Assembly: GCA_031549175.1 (NCBI GenBank)
Contig: JAVBQH010000017.1
Location: 1 to 51,441, forward strand
Origin: Raoultibacter sp.
GTDB lineage: Bacteria > Actinomycetota > Coriobacteriia > Coriobacteriales > Eggerthellaceae
Reading direction: 5' to 3'
DNA length: 51,441 bases
Below the pieces are notes generated by a model. That model was given only the letters and a program-made list of their open reading frames with translations, did not search any database and was not told where the DNA came from. A program made the position numbers and the translations under genes. Of this stretch, positions 7,778 through 17,777 are shown one piece after another. Within the stretch, counting starts at the first letter, position 1. Each line of letters opens with the position of its first letter.

Positions 7778-8962
7778 TTACCGAAGGATATCCGGAGCTG
7801 CGGCGATACCAGGTTGAGGTAATGGCAATTGAGCGGACGTGCTTGCCGGATGCTGCGCAATCCCCCCATATGACGCGGTCTCCTGCTCGGGCCTTTCTTG
7901 AGCTGCAGGGCTCTTGAACCCGAAGAGAATCCCGCCAACCAGCACGACGGCTGCAACGACGATGATCACCACCAAAGCAGGCCCCAGCGCGAACGCAGAG
8001 AGCGCACCGGGCACGATCGAGATGACAACCGTGGTGGTGTTGATCCCCGCGTGCACCAGGAAGGGCGCCCAAAAACTTTTCCAACGCTCATAGAGCAGGC
8101 ACATGATCAACCCGTAGCAAAACGCCGTGACACCCTGCGTCGCGTTGCCGTGGGCCAGCGCAAACACCAACGAGCAGATCAAAGCAGCCGACATCGGGCT
8201 CAGCCATTCCCTCAGCCTTCCGTACAGGAGCACGCGGAACAGCAGCTCCTCGGCGACGGGCGTCAGCACGCCGATCAGCAAAACCGCCATTATCGGCTGC
8301 AGCCCGAAGACCGAATTATCGGATTCGGAAAGCGGATCGCCTGCGAGGGTGAACATGCCGATGGCAAAGCATGAGCAGGCAATGCCTATCGCCGCGGCCA
8401 CCGCGCATTTGCCGACCGTGATGCGCTCGTAGCGCCGGTAGGTTCCCCTCTTCTTGAGGCGTTTGATATCCATGCGCCTGAACAGGATAAGCAGGGGGAT
8501 CGAAATGATCTCGGCAATGGCAAGCGCAAGGAGGAACTCCCATACCGCATCAGCCATGCTTGTAGGCGAAACTGCGCTCACCCAGACCATGTTCATCACG
8601 GCGATCAGGACGGCAATGAGGCTGACCAGGAACTGGATAGCAAAATACATGAGGATCGGATACGCAGCACGCCACACGCGCCGAAAGGTCGAGTCGGGTT
8701 TTGCGGGCGCGAGGTGTGCCGGCACGTAGTAATGCGTGGGCTGATGCGCGAAAGATACAAACCCCGATGAATTAGGACGGTATGCCGGAACGGCTCCCTG
8801 GATATTTTGGGGATGATGCTCGGGAACAGGCTGCTTCCGGCCCTCCCGCTTCTCCATTATCTTGACGAAAGCGTAGGCGATGAAGAAGGGTGCGACCACA
8901 GCGACGCAGAAGGCAACAATGGCCAATATGTCTGTTATGGAGCTTACATCCGATAGATCCAT
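7778..8962 (-). CDS. CPBP-family intramembrane glutamic endopeptidase (CAAX protease-like) with an N-terminal TM/Pro-rich extension
   Basis: Multi-pass membrane protein with the CPBP motifs EELLFR (motif 1) and FALAHG (motif 2). The start was chosen at ATG 8960-8962 (MDLSDV), preceded by GGGAGGG. The ORF-track start at 8980 is a TTG. Confidence 0.75.
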   Translation of the reverse strand: MDLSDVSSITDILAIVAFCVAVVAPFFIAYAFVKIMEKREGRKQPVPEHHPQNIQGAVPAYRPNSSGFVSFAHQPTHYYVPAHLAPAKPDSTFRRVWRAAYPILMYFAIQFLVSLIAVLIAVMNMVWVSAVSPTSMADAVWEFLLALAIAEIISIPLLILFRRMDIKRLKKRGTYRRYERITVGKCAVAAAIGIACSCFAIGMFTLAGDPLSESDNSVFGLQPIMAVLLIGVLTPVAEELLFRVLLYGRLREWLSPMSAALICSLVFALAHGNATQGVTAFCYGLIMCLLYERWKSFWAPFLVHAGINTTTVVISIVPGALSAFALGPALVVIIVVAAVVLVGGILFGFKSPAAQERPEQETASYGGIAQHPASTSAQLPLPQPGIAAAPDILR

Positions 8963-9037
8963 ACGCCCTCCCACTTTCAACTGGCGCAGCTCTGCTCAAA
9001 GCATAAGGCAAACCGCCATCAGCGCATGTGAGCTTCT

Positions 9038-9061
9038 CCTATTGTATCCTATACCGCCTAT
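9038..9061. promoter_or_regulatory. Three phased CCTAT direct repeats upstream of the CPBP gene
   Basis: tCCTATtgta tCCTATaccg CCTATacc, with CCTAT starting at 9038, 9048 and 9057 (10- and 9-nt spacing). The repeats are about 76-100 nt upstream of the start codon at 8962. Confidence 0.25.
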
Positions 9062-9113
9062 ACCTGTAGAAAAAATCAGGTTACTCCATTTGGGGCAACG
9101 GTCTGGTCAGGGA

Positions 9114-9166
9114 TGGGACAAAAGGGTCCGTCCCCTCTGTCCCAAAAAGGTCATGCCCCTCTGTCC
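9114..9166. repeat. Palindromic repeat, subfamily C: one copy (GGGACAAAAGGGTCCGTCCCCTCTGTCCC, 9114-9142) plus an adjacent half copy (9143-9166)
   Basis: It shares GGGACAAAAGGG / GTCCCC..GTCCC arms with the copies at 15014, 33735 and 51394. The right arm is duplicated (CCCCTCTGTCCC occurs twice). Confidence 0.7.
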
Positions 9167-9246
9167 CACCCCAATCCCCCTGCACGCACGGTCATGTGCT
9201 TCCGGTGGACGTGGTACCTGCTTTTTTGTGTATTTTTCCTACCTCT

Positions 9247-9275
9247 TTGCACACATATACTTTAGGTACTAAAAT
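9247..9275 (+). promoter_or_regulatory. Candidate sigma70-type promoter of the ABC transporter gene (TTGCAC-17-TAAAAT)
   Basis: TTGCAC lies at 9247-9252, the spacer is 17 nt, and TAAAAT lies at 9270-9275. This leaves a leader of about 130 nt before the GTG start at 9413. Confidence 0.4.
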
Positions 9276-9412
9276 AAGCATCTTAGGCGCCTGAACGAAG
9301 AGCAAAACTCCTGGTCTTACCACGGCAGATTGCAAAAGGCAGGCGTGAGTTTACATTCTTGGTTTACCCTACCGTGTGAGATGGCGCACGCTTAAACAGA
9401 GAGGCAGGATTC

Positions 9413-12400
9413 GTGCTTCAATTATTCGATATCCGTAAATCCTATACGACCGCAGATTTTTCCCAAACAGCCCTTGACGATGTCTCGATCTCATTTAGAG
9501 ACAACGAGTTCGTGGCTATACTCGGGCCTTCGGGCTCCGGCAAGACCACTATGCTCAACATCGTCGGCGGCTTGGATCACTACGATTCCGGCAACCTGGT
9601 CATTGACGGGATCTCGACAGAGCAATACACCGACCGCGACTGGGACACCTATCGCAACAACCGCATCGGCTTCGTGTTCCAAAGCTATAACCTGATCCCT
9701 CACCAGACAGTACTTGCCAATGTCGAACTGGCATTGACTTTATCAGGCGTTTCGCGTGACGAACGCAAGAAAAGGGCGAAGGATGCCCTCATCGAAGTGG
9801 GCTTGGGCGACCACATCAGCAAGAAGCCCAGCCAGCTTTCGGGCGGGCAGATGCAGCGTGTCGCCGTCGCCCGCGCGTTGATCAACGACCCGGAGATACT
9901 GCTTGCCGACGAGCCGACCGGTGCGCTCGATTCCACCACCAGCGTGCAGATCATGGAGCTGCTCACGCAGATCGCCAAAGACCGCCTGGTCATCATGGTC
10001 ACGCATAACCCCGAACTGGCGGACACCTACGCCAACCGCATCGTCGACCTGCGCGATGGCAAGGTGGTCAGCGACAGCAACCCCTTCAACCCCGCCCCCG
10101 AAGATGAAAAGGTCAGCGAAAAGCCGATCCGCCGTACTGCAATGTCGTTTCTGACCGCGATCTCGCTGTCTTTCAACAACCTTATGACCAAGAAAGGCCG
10201 CACCATCATGACCGCCTTTGCCGGCTCGATCGGCATTATAGGCATCGCTGCTATCCTGGCCTTGGCAAACGGTGTGAACAACTATATAAAAAGCGTCGAG
10301 GAAGACACCTTGTCGGTCTACCCGCTTTCAATCGAAAGTACCGGTATCGATATGACCTCGATGATGGCCTCGATGGTAGGCGGAGGCGGCGCCGGCGCCT
10401 CGGGCAGCACGAGCACGGACGCAAGCACCACCCAGACCGCAGAAGAAAAGAAGGTCCAGGAAACAAAGACCCTCACGAACATGTTCTCCCGCATCGGATC
10501 AAACGACCTGGCCTCGCTCAAGGTTTTCCTCGACAGCGGCACCAGCGGCATGGATCCCTACATGAACACCGTCCAATACTCCTACGGCATCGGACCGAAG
10601 ATCTACAGCCCCGACACCACGAGCGGCGTGCGGCAGGTCAACCCCAACACCGCCTTCAAGCCGCTTTCCTCCGGCACGCTCAGTGGGACCGCCGGCTCGT
10701 ATGCCTCGATGATGACCAGCGGCGGCAACACCAACATATTCCACCAGATGCTGAACAACCCGGAAATCCTTTCCCAGCAATACGATGTAGTGGCCGGGAA
10801 GTGGCCCGAAGCGTACAACGAGTGCGTCCTGGTGCTGAACCAGCGGGGCGGCGTCAACGACTACACGTTGTATGCTATGGGGCTCCGCGACCCGAACGAG
10901 CTTGATGAAATGGTAAAACGGGTTGCCAACAAGGAGGATGTCGACGTGCCCCTCGATCAGTTGTCGTTCTCTTACGACCAGATCATGGGCGTGACATTCA
11001 AAATGGTGAATTCCGCCGACATGTACCAGAAGGATGCGGCAAACAATGCGTGGCTGAACAAGGCAGATGATGAGGCCTATATGAAAAACCTCATTGCAAA
11101 CGGCACCGACATCAAGATCGTCGGCATCATCCAATCGAACCCCGATGCAGCTGCCACTTCGCTTTCGCCCGGAATCTGTTACACAAGCGCCTTGCAGCAA
11201 CAGCTGATCAAAGAGGCCTCTACCAAGCAGATCGTGCAAGAGCAGCTGGCAAACCCCGAGGTCGATGTGTTGACCGGGCGCACCTTCGCCGAGGAAAAAG
11301 AGAGCAACGATGCCGGTTTCAATATGGCCGACCTCTTCAACTTTGATGCAAGCTCCCTTACTTCAGGACTCACATTCGACACCAGCAGCCTGAACCTGGA
11401 TTTTTCAGGGATGGACCTTTCAAGCGTGCAGGCACCGCCCATGGACATGAGTGCGATCCTGGGACAGATTCAGTTGACCCCTGCCCAAATGCAGGCGACA
11501 AATGATGTTATGGGTCAGACTGTTGCGGATTTTGTTCTCAGTGGTTCCTATCCGGCTCCTATTCCTCCTGCTTTGACTCCCACTCCTGCCGAAATCAACA
11601 CCGCTTTCCAGGCATATCTTGCAGACCCCGTTAATGCTGCCCGGCTTTCGGCCGACCTCAGTGCCGCCATCGGCGCCCCCCAGATCGAAGCCCAGGTGCA
11701 GACAGCCATGACGCAGTACATGACCGCCTACGTATCCTCTATGATGACCCAGATCCAGACTCAAATCGGCGCGGCTATGAAGCAGTCTATGGGCCAGCTT
11801 TCCTCCAGCCTGGCAAGCTCCATGAACATGAGCATGGGCAACTTCTCCAACATGTTCAACTTCGACATGGACGAAAAGCAGTTGGGCGAGTTGATGATGT
11901 CCTACATGACGGGTGAGGAAAACACCTACGAGAACATCCTGAAGAAACTCGGCTATGCAGACTTTGCGAAACCGACCTCGATCAATATCTACCCCAAGGA
12001 TTTTGAGGGCAAAGGACACATCATCGAGATCCTCGACGACTACAACGACCGGATGAAGGCGCAAGAAAAGGAAGACCAGGTGATCACCTACACGGATATC
12101 GTGGGTACCTTGATGAGCTCGGTGACCGACATCGTCAACATGGTGAGCTATGTGCTCGTTGCCTTCGTGGCGATCTCGCTCGTGGTGTCGTCCATCATGA
12201 TCGGCATCATCACCTATATCTCGGTACTTGAGCGTAAGAAAGAGATCGGCATCCTGCGCTCGATCGGCGCCTCCAAGGGCGACATCGGCCGCGTATTCAA
12301 CGCAGAGACCCTGATCGTCGGCTTTGTGGCAGGCCTCATTGGCATCGCGATCACCGCGCTCGTTTGCATTCCCGCAAACGCGATCATCTATGCAGGCTTC

Positions 12401-12544
12401 GGCGTGGCCAACGTTGCCGCGCTTCCCTGGCAGGCGGCCATCGTCTTGATCTTGATCAGCATGTTCCTCTCGTTTATCGCAGGCCTGATTCCCTCGTCCG
12501 CGGCTTCCCGCAAAGATCCTGTGGAGGCATTGCGAAGCGAATAA
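9413..12544 (+). CDS. Fused ABC transporter: MacB/LolD-type ATPase, one TM, a very large extracytoplasmic domain, and an FtsX-type permease
   Basis: Walker [11 protein letters not shown]-loop, signature [15 protein letters not shown] and Walker B ILLADEPT are all present (about aa 1-225). One TM segment lies around aa 262-290. About 600 aa of Ser/Thr/Gly/Met/Gln-rich sequence follow. The C-terminal three TM helices show the FtsX/MacB permease pattern ([19 protein letters not shown]). The start is GTG, preceded by GAGAGGCAGGA. Confidence 0.85.
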   Translation: MLQLFDIRKSYTTADFSQTALDDVSISFRDNEFVAILGPSGSGKTTMLNIVGGLDHYDSGNLVIDGISTEQYTDRDWDTYRNNRIGFVFQSYNLIPHQTVLANVELALTLSGVSRDERKKRAKDALIEVGLGDHISKKPSQLSGGQMQRVAVARALINDPEILLADEPTGALDSTTSVQIMELLTQIAKDRLVIMVTHNPELADTYANRIVDLRDGKVVSDSNPFNPAPEDEKVSEKPIRRTAMSFLTAISLSFNNLMTKKGRTIMTAFAGSIGIIGIAAILALANGVNNYIKSVEEDTLSVYPLSIESTGIDMTSMMASMVGGGGAGASGSTSTDASTTQTAEEKKVQETKTLTNMFSRIGSNDLASLKVFLDSGTSGMDPYMNTVQYSYGIGPKIYSPDTTSGVRQVNPNTAFKPLSSGTLSGTAGSYASMMTSGGNTNIFHQMLNNPEILSQQYDVVAGKWPEAYNECVLVLNQRGGVNDYTLYAMGLRDPNELDEMVKRVANKEDVDVPLDQLSFSYDQIMGVTFKMVNSADMYQKDAANNAWLNKADDEAYMKNLIANGTDIKIVGIIQSNPDAAATSLSPGICYTSALQQQLIKEASTKQIVQEQLANPEVDVLTGRTFAEEKESNDAGFNMADLFNFDASSLTSGLTFDTSSLNLDFSGMDLSSVQAPPMDMSAILGQIQLTPAQMQATNDVMGQTVADFVLSGSYPAPIPPALTPTPAEINTAFQAYLADPVNAARLSADLSAAIGAPQIEAQVQTAMTQYMTAYVSSMMTQIQTQIGAAMKQSMGQLSSSLASSMNMSMGNFSNMFNFDMDEKQLGELMMSYMTGEENTYENILKKLGYADFAKPTSINIYPKDFEGKGHIIEILDDYNDRMKAQEKEDQVITYTDIVGTLMSSVTDIVNMVSYVLVAFVAISLVVSSIMIGIITYISVLERKKEIGILRSIGASKGDIGRVFNAETLIVGFVAGLIGIAITALVCIPANAIIYAGFGVANVAALPWQAAIVLILISMFLSFIAGLIPSSAASRKDPVEALRSE

Positions 12545-12573
12545 ACAGTTCGGTTCCTCATCCTTTACGGTTT

Positions 12574-12609
12574 ACGCGCACCTCTTTACGGGGTGCGCGT
12601 TCGTTTGTT
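12574..12609 (+). terminator. Rho-independent terminator of the ABC transporter gene
   Basis: Stem acgcgcacc (12574-12582) / ggtgcgcgt (12592-12600) followed by tcgtttgtt. It starts 30 nt after the stop codon. Confidence 0.6.
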
Positions 12610-12690
12610 ACAAAATAAATAGCATAAAAGTGGTCGAAGCATCTCGTTCTTTGGGCCTTTTCACCGATACATAAGGAACAAGGTTCACGC

Positions 12691-14997
12691 ATGGCAAGCG
12701 TCTTTGAAAATTTCTCTTCGCGCACGGGCTTTGATCGGCTGAGCCCTTTGGAAAAGGCCGCCTATATCTTTACCACGGCTTTCGTCGTGCTGTTCCTTGT
12801 TGCAAGCATCCTGGTCATCGGACGCACTGAACGGCTGAGCGACGAGGAGTCGATTTCGTTTATACAGCAGGCAACGAGCCTGACTTGCCTCGAGGTTGAT
12901 GAGCATATCTCCGAAGAGTTCGGCACGCTTCATGCTTCCGCGGTTCTTCCTGAAAACCGCTCCGTGATCGACGAGGACGGTACTTTCGGGCGTCTTACCA
13001 AACGCCTCGGCGATTACAACTCGTATGTACGGATAGGCGTCGCGGACAAAAATGGGAATGCGCTGTGGGTCGATTCAAGCGGAACCTCCCATGGGGATGT
13101 TACCACAAGCCCCTATTTCAAACGGGCTGTTCAAGGTGAAGACGTTGTCACCGATTCTTACTTCGATGCCGCCAGCGGGATCGAAGTCAACTATTACGCG
13201 GTGCCGATACGCATGGAGACCACAAACGAGATTGTCGGCGTCCTGTTTGCCGCAGACCCGACACAAGAACTGCATGACATCGTCGAGCGGTCCTTGTACG
13301 CCGGGAAAGGATTTGCCCACATCATCGATGCTGAAGGCAATTATATCGTTCCCTCCGACAGCCCTTTGGTTGCTTCATCGGGCGAAACGATCTTTAACGT
13401 CGACCCCCCGCTACCCCCTGAGGTCGTGAAGTTTTTCCTTACCCAGTTCGCACAAGGTGAAACAGGTTATATACAGGTCCCTGTTGAAGGCATCCCCCGG
13501 TTTGTGTCGTTTGAGCCCCTATCGTACAACAATTGGTATCTGCTTTACTCGATCCCCCAAGCAGATGTGCATCCGATATTCAGCGAGTTTCTCATCATCT
13601 TGGTTGCGCTTATCGTGGGCGCGGTGATCGTGTTCGTCCTTTTTATTATTCTGATCTGGCGCGGCACCTACAATAGCCGCAAACACCTTGAGCACATCGC
13701 CTTCGTCGATCCGGTTACCGGCCGGGACAACTATCAAAAGTTCCTTATCGATGCCAAGGACATCCTCGACAAGAACAAGGACAAGCAGTACGTGGTGTGT
13801 TACGAGGACATCAAGGGCTTCAAATACATCAACGACCTTTTCGGCCGTGAAACAGGGACGCGGCTTTTAAAGTACTGGTCAGATGGTTTAGCGGAGCTGT
13901 CCTTTCCCAATGAATGCTTTGCGCGCGTGAGGGATGATACGTTCGTCTCGTTGCGCATCTGCTCCAGCAAGTCCGATTTGCGGAAACGGTATATAAGCCT
14001 GATGCATAAATTGGAAGTCTTCCCCGATACCTTTGCTTCGGGATACAAGGTTGGATGGCGTTGCGGAGCCTACATCATCGGACTCGACAACGGAAAGCTT
14101 CCCATAGAAGACATGGTTGACCGCGCGAGCCTTGCCCGCGACACCATTAAATGGTCGGATTCAACAGATCATATTGCCTTTTATTCCGAGGATATCCGCA
14201 AAAAAAGGCTTTGGGATGCCTCGATCGAATCGCACATGGAAAACGCCTTGGAGGCAGGCGAGTTCAAGGTGTATATGCAGCCGAAAGTCTCGTTGGATGA
14301 ATACGACATTACAGGCGTGGAGGCTTTGGTCCGCTGGCAGTCGCCTGAGCATGGGTTCCTTTCCCCCGCTGAGTTTATCGGCCTTTTCGAACGCAATGGC
14401 TTTATCGTGGACGTCGACCGCTTCGTCTTCGAGCAGGTCTGCAAGCACTACCGGGAAACAGTCCTCGACAATGGCCAAACCCCTTACATCTTCTCGGTCA
14501 ACGTATCCCGAAGAAGCCTGATGCAGATTGATTTCATCTCCTCATACGCAGAGATCAAAAACCGCTACGACATCCCCGACGGGGTCATCGAGCTAGAATT
14601 CACGGAAAGCCTGGCCGTGAACGATGTCGAGCATTTCAAGACGACGGTTGCCATCTGCCACAGCATCGGCTTCCTGTGCTCTATCGACGATTTCGGGTCG
14701 GGGTATTCCTCGTTGAACATGCTGAAATCCCTGCAGGTGGATGTTTTGAAGCTTGACCGGCTTTTCTTCGACTACGAACCTGGCGCCAACCGCGGGCGCT
14801 CCTGGGTCAAGCGCTTCATCGACCTTGCCAAGGATTTGGGAATGAAGACCGTGGCGGAAGGGATTGACGAGAAGTGGCAAGTCGACGAGCTGTCTGAGCT
14901 GCATTGCGATATGATTCAAGGGTACTACTTCTCGAAGCCCATGCCCCTCGAAGACTTTAACCGATTCCGGTCAGAGTGGAGAGAGGGTGCCCGCTAA
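12691..14997 (+). CDS. Membrane sensor: double-Cache-like extracytoplasmic domain, degenerate GGDEF domain and EAL domain (putative c-di-GMP phosphodiesterase)
   Basis: Two TM segments flank a domain of about 250 aa. The GGDEF-fold region (DPVTGRDNY ... KGFKYINDLFGRETGTRLL) has its active-site motif replaced by RDDTF. An intact EAL domain follows: VEALVRWQ, NVS, ELTE-like EFTES, DDFGSGYSSL, KLD, EGIDE, QGYYFSKP. Confidence 0.85.
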   Translation: MASVFENFSSRTGFDRLSPLEKAAYIFTTAFVVLFLVASILVIGRTERLSDEESISFIQQATSLTCLEVDEHISEEFGTLHASAVLPENRSVIDEDGTFGRLTKRLGDYNSYVRIGVADKNGNALWVDSSGTSHGDVTTSPYFKRAVQGEDVVTDSYFDAASGIEVNYYAVPIRMETTNEIVGVLFAADPTQELHDIVERSLYAGKGFAHIIDAEGNYIVPSDSPLVASSGETIFNVDPPLPPEVVKFFLTQFAQGETGYIQVPVEGIPRFVSFEPLSYNNWYLLYSIPQADVHPIFSEFLIILVALIVGAVIVFVLFIILIWRGTYNSRKHLEHIAFVDPVTGRDNYQKFLIDAKDILDKNKDKQYVVCYEDIKGFKYINDLFGRETGTRLLKYWSDGLAELSFPNECFARVRDDTFVSLRICSSKSDLRKRYISLMHKLEVFPDTFASGYKVGWRCGAYIIGLDNGKLPIEDMVDRASLARDTIKWSDSTDHIAFYSEDIRKKRLWDASIESHMENALEAGEFKVYMQPKVSLDEYDITGVEALVRWQSPEHGFLSPAEFIGLFERNGFIVDVDRFVFEQVCKHYRETVLDNGQTPYIFSVNVSRRSLMQIDFISSYAEIKNRYDIPDGVIELEFTESLAVNDVEHFKTTVAICHSIGFLCSIDDFGSGYSSLNMLKSLQVDVLKLDRLFFDYEPGANRGRSWVKRFIDLAKDLGMKTVAEGIDEKWQVDELSELHCDMIQGYYFSKPMPLEDFNRFRSEWREGAR

Positions 14998-15013
14998 CGC
15001 ATAAGGCGAACTC

Positions 15014-15070
15014 GGTGGGATGGAGGCGGGACAAAAGGGTCTGTCCCCTCCGTCCCGCCTCCATCCCACC
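15014..15070. repeat. Palindromic repeat, subfamily C embedded in a longer 19-bp-arm palindrome
   Basis: GGTGGGATGGAGGCGGGAC (15014-15032) and GTCCCGCCTCCATCCCACC (15052-15070) are exact reverse complements. The centre is AAAAGGGTCTGTCCCCTCC. It lies between the convergent stop codons at 14997 (+) and 15089 (-). Confidence 0.85.
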
Positions 15071-15088
15071 CGCGGCTCCCGCAAGGCT

Positions 15089-15577
15089 TTATTTTTGCAG
15101 GTCTTTCGCCAGTGCCTTGCAGAGCTTCGACATGGTGTCGTCGATGGCCTTCTTTTTCAGCTGGCACTCCCATACAACATGGATCCTCCAGCCCATTTCC
15201 TTGAGGAGCGCGAGGTTTTTCTTATCGCGTTCCTGGTTGCGCTCGAACTTCAGCACCCAGTACTCGGTGTTCGATTTCGGCGTCGGCAGCTCGCAGTAGG
15301 GGCACCGGTGCCAGAAACAGCCGTTCACAAAGACCGCCACCTTCTTGCCTGGCCACGCGATATCGGGCCGCCCTGGCACCTTCCACTGCAGGCGATACCC
15401 AAGCAGGCCGGCCGCACGCAGGTGCTTGCGCACCAAAAGCTCCGGCTTGGTGTTCGCACCCTTGTTTCCCTGCATGGACTTGCGCACCGCCGCAGAGACC
15501 GGAGGGTCGTATAAAGGGGTCTGGCCCTTTTGCACGGGTTCGCTTGCCGCTGCCATGTCAGTCGGCATCCTGTTCAT
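15089..15577 (-). CDS. vsr: Very-short-patch repair endonuclease (Vsr)
   Basis: TKPELLVRKHLRAAGLLGYRLQ ... PGRPDIAWPGKKVAVFVNGCFWHRC ... TNTEYW..K...N..RD match the Vsr family signatures (D..F......A.FV.GCFWH). Three candidate ATGs exist at 15577, 15568 and 15556. The first two overlap the 3' end of the endonuclease gene and the third lies 1 nt after its TGA. Confidence 0.85.
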   Translation of the reverse strand: MNRMPTDMAAASEPVQKGQTPLYDPPVSAAVRKSMQGNKGANTKPELLVRKHLRAAGLLGYRLQWKVPGRPDIAWPGKKVAVFVNGCFWHRCPYCELPTPKSNTEYWVLKFERNQERDKKNLALLKEMGWRIHVVWECQLKKKAIDDTMSKLCKALAKDLQK

Positions 15578-16418
15578 CCGCCGCCTCTTCCAAAGGCGCG
15601 TCGAACTGCAGCTCCGGCTGCATAAAGCCTGTTAACGACCGAAACCCCGCATATTCCGAGAACGAAAGCGAAAAAAGCGCATCGGCAAACGATCCGCCTT
15701 GTCTTTTCTGCAGGGCGCGAAGCTCGTCCATGACCGAATCCGTCACGGGCTCATGGCCTGCTGCAGCCGCCCGGGCTTTGTCGATTGCTTCGGGCAGGGC
15801 CTGGCAGACCTTGGTGAAGGCTTGGGCATCCCCCGTCACAAGCTGGTAGAACTGGTCGATGCTCACGTGGCGGATCAACTTGTGGCTCTGCTTCTTGCCG
15901 TCCACCATAGGATCCCAAAGCCGATCCTGGGAATGGCGGGCGATCACCTCGACCAAAAAGCAGGCACATTCGTCATCTGCAAGAATCTGGTCTTGCATCT
16001 TTCGGTACGTACGCGCCTGCGAAGAGGAGTTCATCGTGTTGTGCTTGTTCTTCATTTCGACATAGACCTTCGAGACCGGGGTCCCATCGCACAGGCAGAT
16101 GCCGCCAACGGGTGCGAACACCACGTCCCAACCCGTGTCAGGGACAGAGCAGCCTTCGATATACTTGAATATCCTTTGGTGGAAATACCCGATCGAATTG
16201 TTGTTGGTCTTGTCTATCTGACGGAAAATCTCGCTGTCAACGGCCTCTTCCCACGTCATCCCGTACACCGACGCATCGAACATCAACTTGACCGGATCTA
16301 TGAGGTTGCTGTTGAAGGCCCTGAGGTCGAACGAGGCGCGGTTGGCCTGGTATTCACGCACCGTGTTTTCGATATGGGTCATGAAGTCGTCTTCGGAAAT
16401 AAACGCGAGATCCCACAT
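15558..16418 (-). CDS. Type II restriction endonuclease, Eco47II-family-like (tentative)
   Basis: It lies between a C5-methyltransferase gene and vsr on the same strand with 8-nt and overlapping junctions. From memory, the sequence resembles Eco47II-family enzymes (FISEDDF..HIENTV.EY, NSIGYFHQRIFKYI, VYVEMKNKHNTMNSSS, FLVEVIA). I could not run a search, so the family and specificity are unverified. The start was chosen at MWDLAF (ATG 16416-16418). Confidence 0.6.
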   Translation of the reverse strand: MWDLAFISEDDFMTHIENTVREYQANRASFDLRAFNSNLIDPVKLMFDASVYGMTWEEAVDSEIFRQIDKTNNNSIGYFHQRIFKYIEGCSVPDTGWDVVFAPVGGICLCDGTPVSKVYVEMKNKHNTMNSSSQARTYRKMQDQILADDECACFLVEVIARHSQDRLWDPMVDGKKQSHKLIRHVSIDQFYQLVTGDAQAFTKVCQALPEAIDKARAAAAGHEPVTDSVMDELRALQKRQGGSFADALFSLSFSEYAGFRSLTGFMQPELQFDAPLEEAADEQDAD

Positions 16419-16426
16419 AGCCGCCC

Positions 16427-17668
16427 CTAACCTAGTGCTTCCATGCTGTCGTCGATGGCAAGGTAGCCAAGCGATGCCAACACGCATCGCCCCATATGAT
16501 ACCCGAGGTTCACGGGAACAGCGTTCCCGATCTGCTTATACTTGCTTGAGGTCGAGCCGTCGAATTCCCAGGTGTCGGGGAAGGTCTGGATGCGCGCATA
16601 CTCTCGCACGGTCAAGGGACGCGTCTTTTCCGGATGGCAGCGCTCGGTCTGCTTCTGCGCCGGATTGCAGGTAAGCGTCAAGCTTGGCTGGTCCCATGAA
16701 AGGCGCCGCGCCATGCCGGTCTTCCCGCCACCCAGGTAAAAGCTTGCGCCCATGTACTCCTTTTGCAGATCTTCGGGCAAGCTGCGCCAATAACCGCCTT
16801 CAGGAACCAGCTCCATGATGCGGTGTTTGCGTTCGGTGTATTTCTGGCCTTCGGATTCCGGGCAATGGTCCAAGGCCTCGCGCAGCGACACGAAGTAATC
16901 CTTCTCCTTCGGGAAGATGATGGGCAGGCCAAGGTCTTTGCGTACGGCGAACAGGAACAGCCTTTCGCGTTTCTGGGGCACGTCGAGGTATTGCGCCCGC
17001 AGGATGCGCGCCTCTACCCGATAGCCGAGCTCGTCAAGCACGCTTTTCATCGTCGCGATGGTTTTGCCGCCGTCATGCGAAAGCAGGCCGCGGACGTTCT
17101 CGCCGATGGCGATTTTGGGCCGGATCTCTTTTACCGCCCGGGCGAACTCGAAAAACAGTGTGCCGCGCGTGTCTTCGAAACCACGGCTTTTGCCGGCGTA
17201 GCTGAAAGCCTGGCAGGGAAAACCGGCTTCAACCACATCGGCTTTGATCTGCGAGAAGTCAAGCGCTGCGACATCGCCTTCGTACACCTTCCATCCCAGC
17301 TTGGAAATGTCTGAGTTCATGCGGAGGGTCTCGGCCGCATTGCGGTCAAGCTCTGCGAGCAGGATGTGCTTGATGCCTGCGTTGTGGAAGCCGAGTGCCG
17401 TGCCGCCTGCGCCTGCAAACAGGTCCACGCATTTCACAGGATAGCGCTTCTTCGAGGTGAGGACCTGGTAGTTGTTCTCGGCCGAAGTCCCTTCGATCTT
17501 GTGTTTGACGCGCGCAAGCTCTTCGGGGTTGAAGGTTCGGTGGTTGTTCTCGTCACGGAGGGCCTTGATCAAGCCCATCTTGTCCCACCGTCGAATCGTG
17601 TCGGGTGAGACGCCGAGCATCGCCGCCGCCTCGGATATCTGAACACGTGCTTGTGCTTGCCCAACCAC
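16427..17668 (-). CDS. DNA (cytosine-5)-methyltransferase with an N-terminal MerR/excisionase-type HTH domain
   Basis: The C5-MTase motifs appear in canonical order: I DLFAGAGG, IV GFPCQAFS, VI ENV(RGL), VIII QKRERLF, IX REYARIQTFPD, X GNAVP. They are preceded by the HTH segment ISEAAAMLGVSPDTIRRWDKMGLIKA. The start is uncertain. GTG 17666-17668 has a purine-rich GAGAG upstream. The alternative in-frame ATG at 17714-17716 lies inside a palindromic repeat. Confidence 0.85.
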   Translation of the reverse strand: MVGQAQARVQISEAAAMLGVSPDTIRRWDKMGLIKALRDENNHRTFNPEELARVKHKIEGTSAENNYQVLTSKKRYPVKCVDLFAGAGGTALGFHNAGIKHILLAELDRNAAETLRMNSDISKLGWKVYEGDVAALDFSQIKADVVEAGFPCQAFSYAGKSRGFEDTRGTLFFEFARAVKEIRPKIAIGENVRGLLSHDGGKTIATMKSVLDELGYRVEARILRAQYLDVPQKRERLFLFAVRKDLGLPIIFPKEKDYFVSLREALDHCPESEGQKYTERKHRIMELVPEGGYWRSLPEDLQKEYMGASFYLGGGKTGMARRLSWDQPSLTLTCNPAQKQTERCHPEKTRPLTVREYARIQTFPDTWEFDGSTSSKYKQIGNAVPVNLGYHMGRCVLASLGYLAIDDSMEALG

Positions 17669-17685
17669 CTTGTACTCTCTTCTGA

Positions 17686-17716
17686 ATGAGAAAAAGGGAC
17701 GGTCGCTTTTTCTCAT
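17686..17716. repeat. Palindromic repeat, subfamily B, reverse orientation (ATGAGAAAAAGGGACGGTCGCTTTTTCTCAT)
   Basis: Its reverse complement differs at one position from the B copies at 17778 and 19095. It overlaps the 5' end or leader of the methyltransferase gene. Confidence 0.85.
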
Positions 17717-17777
17717 TTCCGGTATCCCATCCTACAGACTCACGCAATTCACCCCAGAATGTATCAATAGGATGAGA

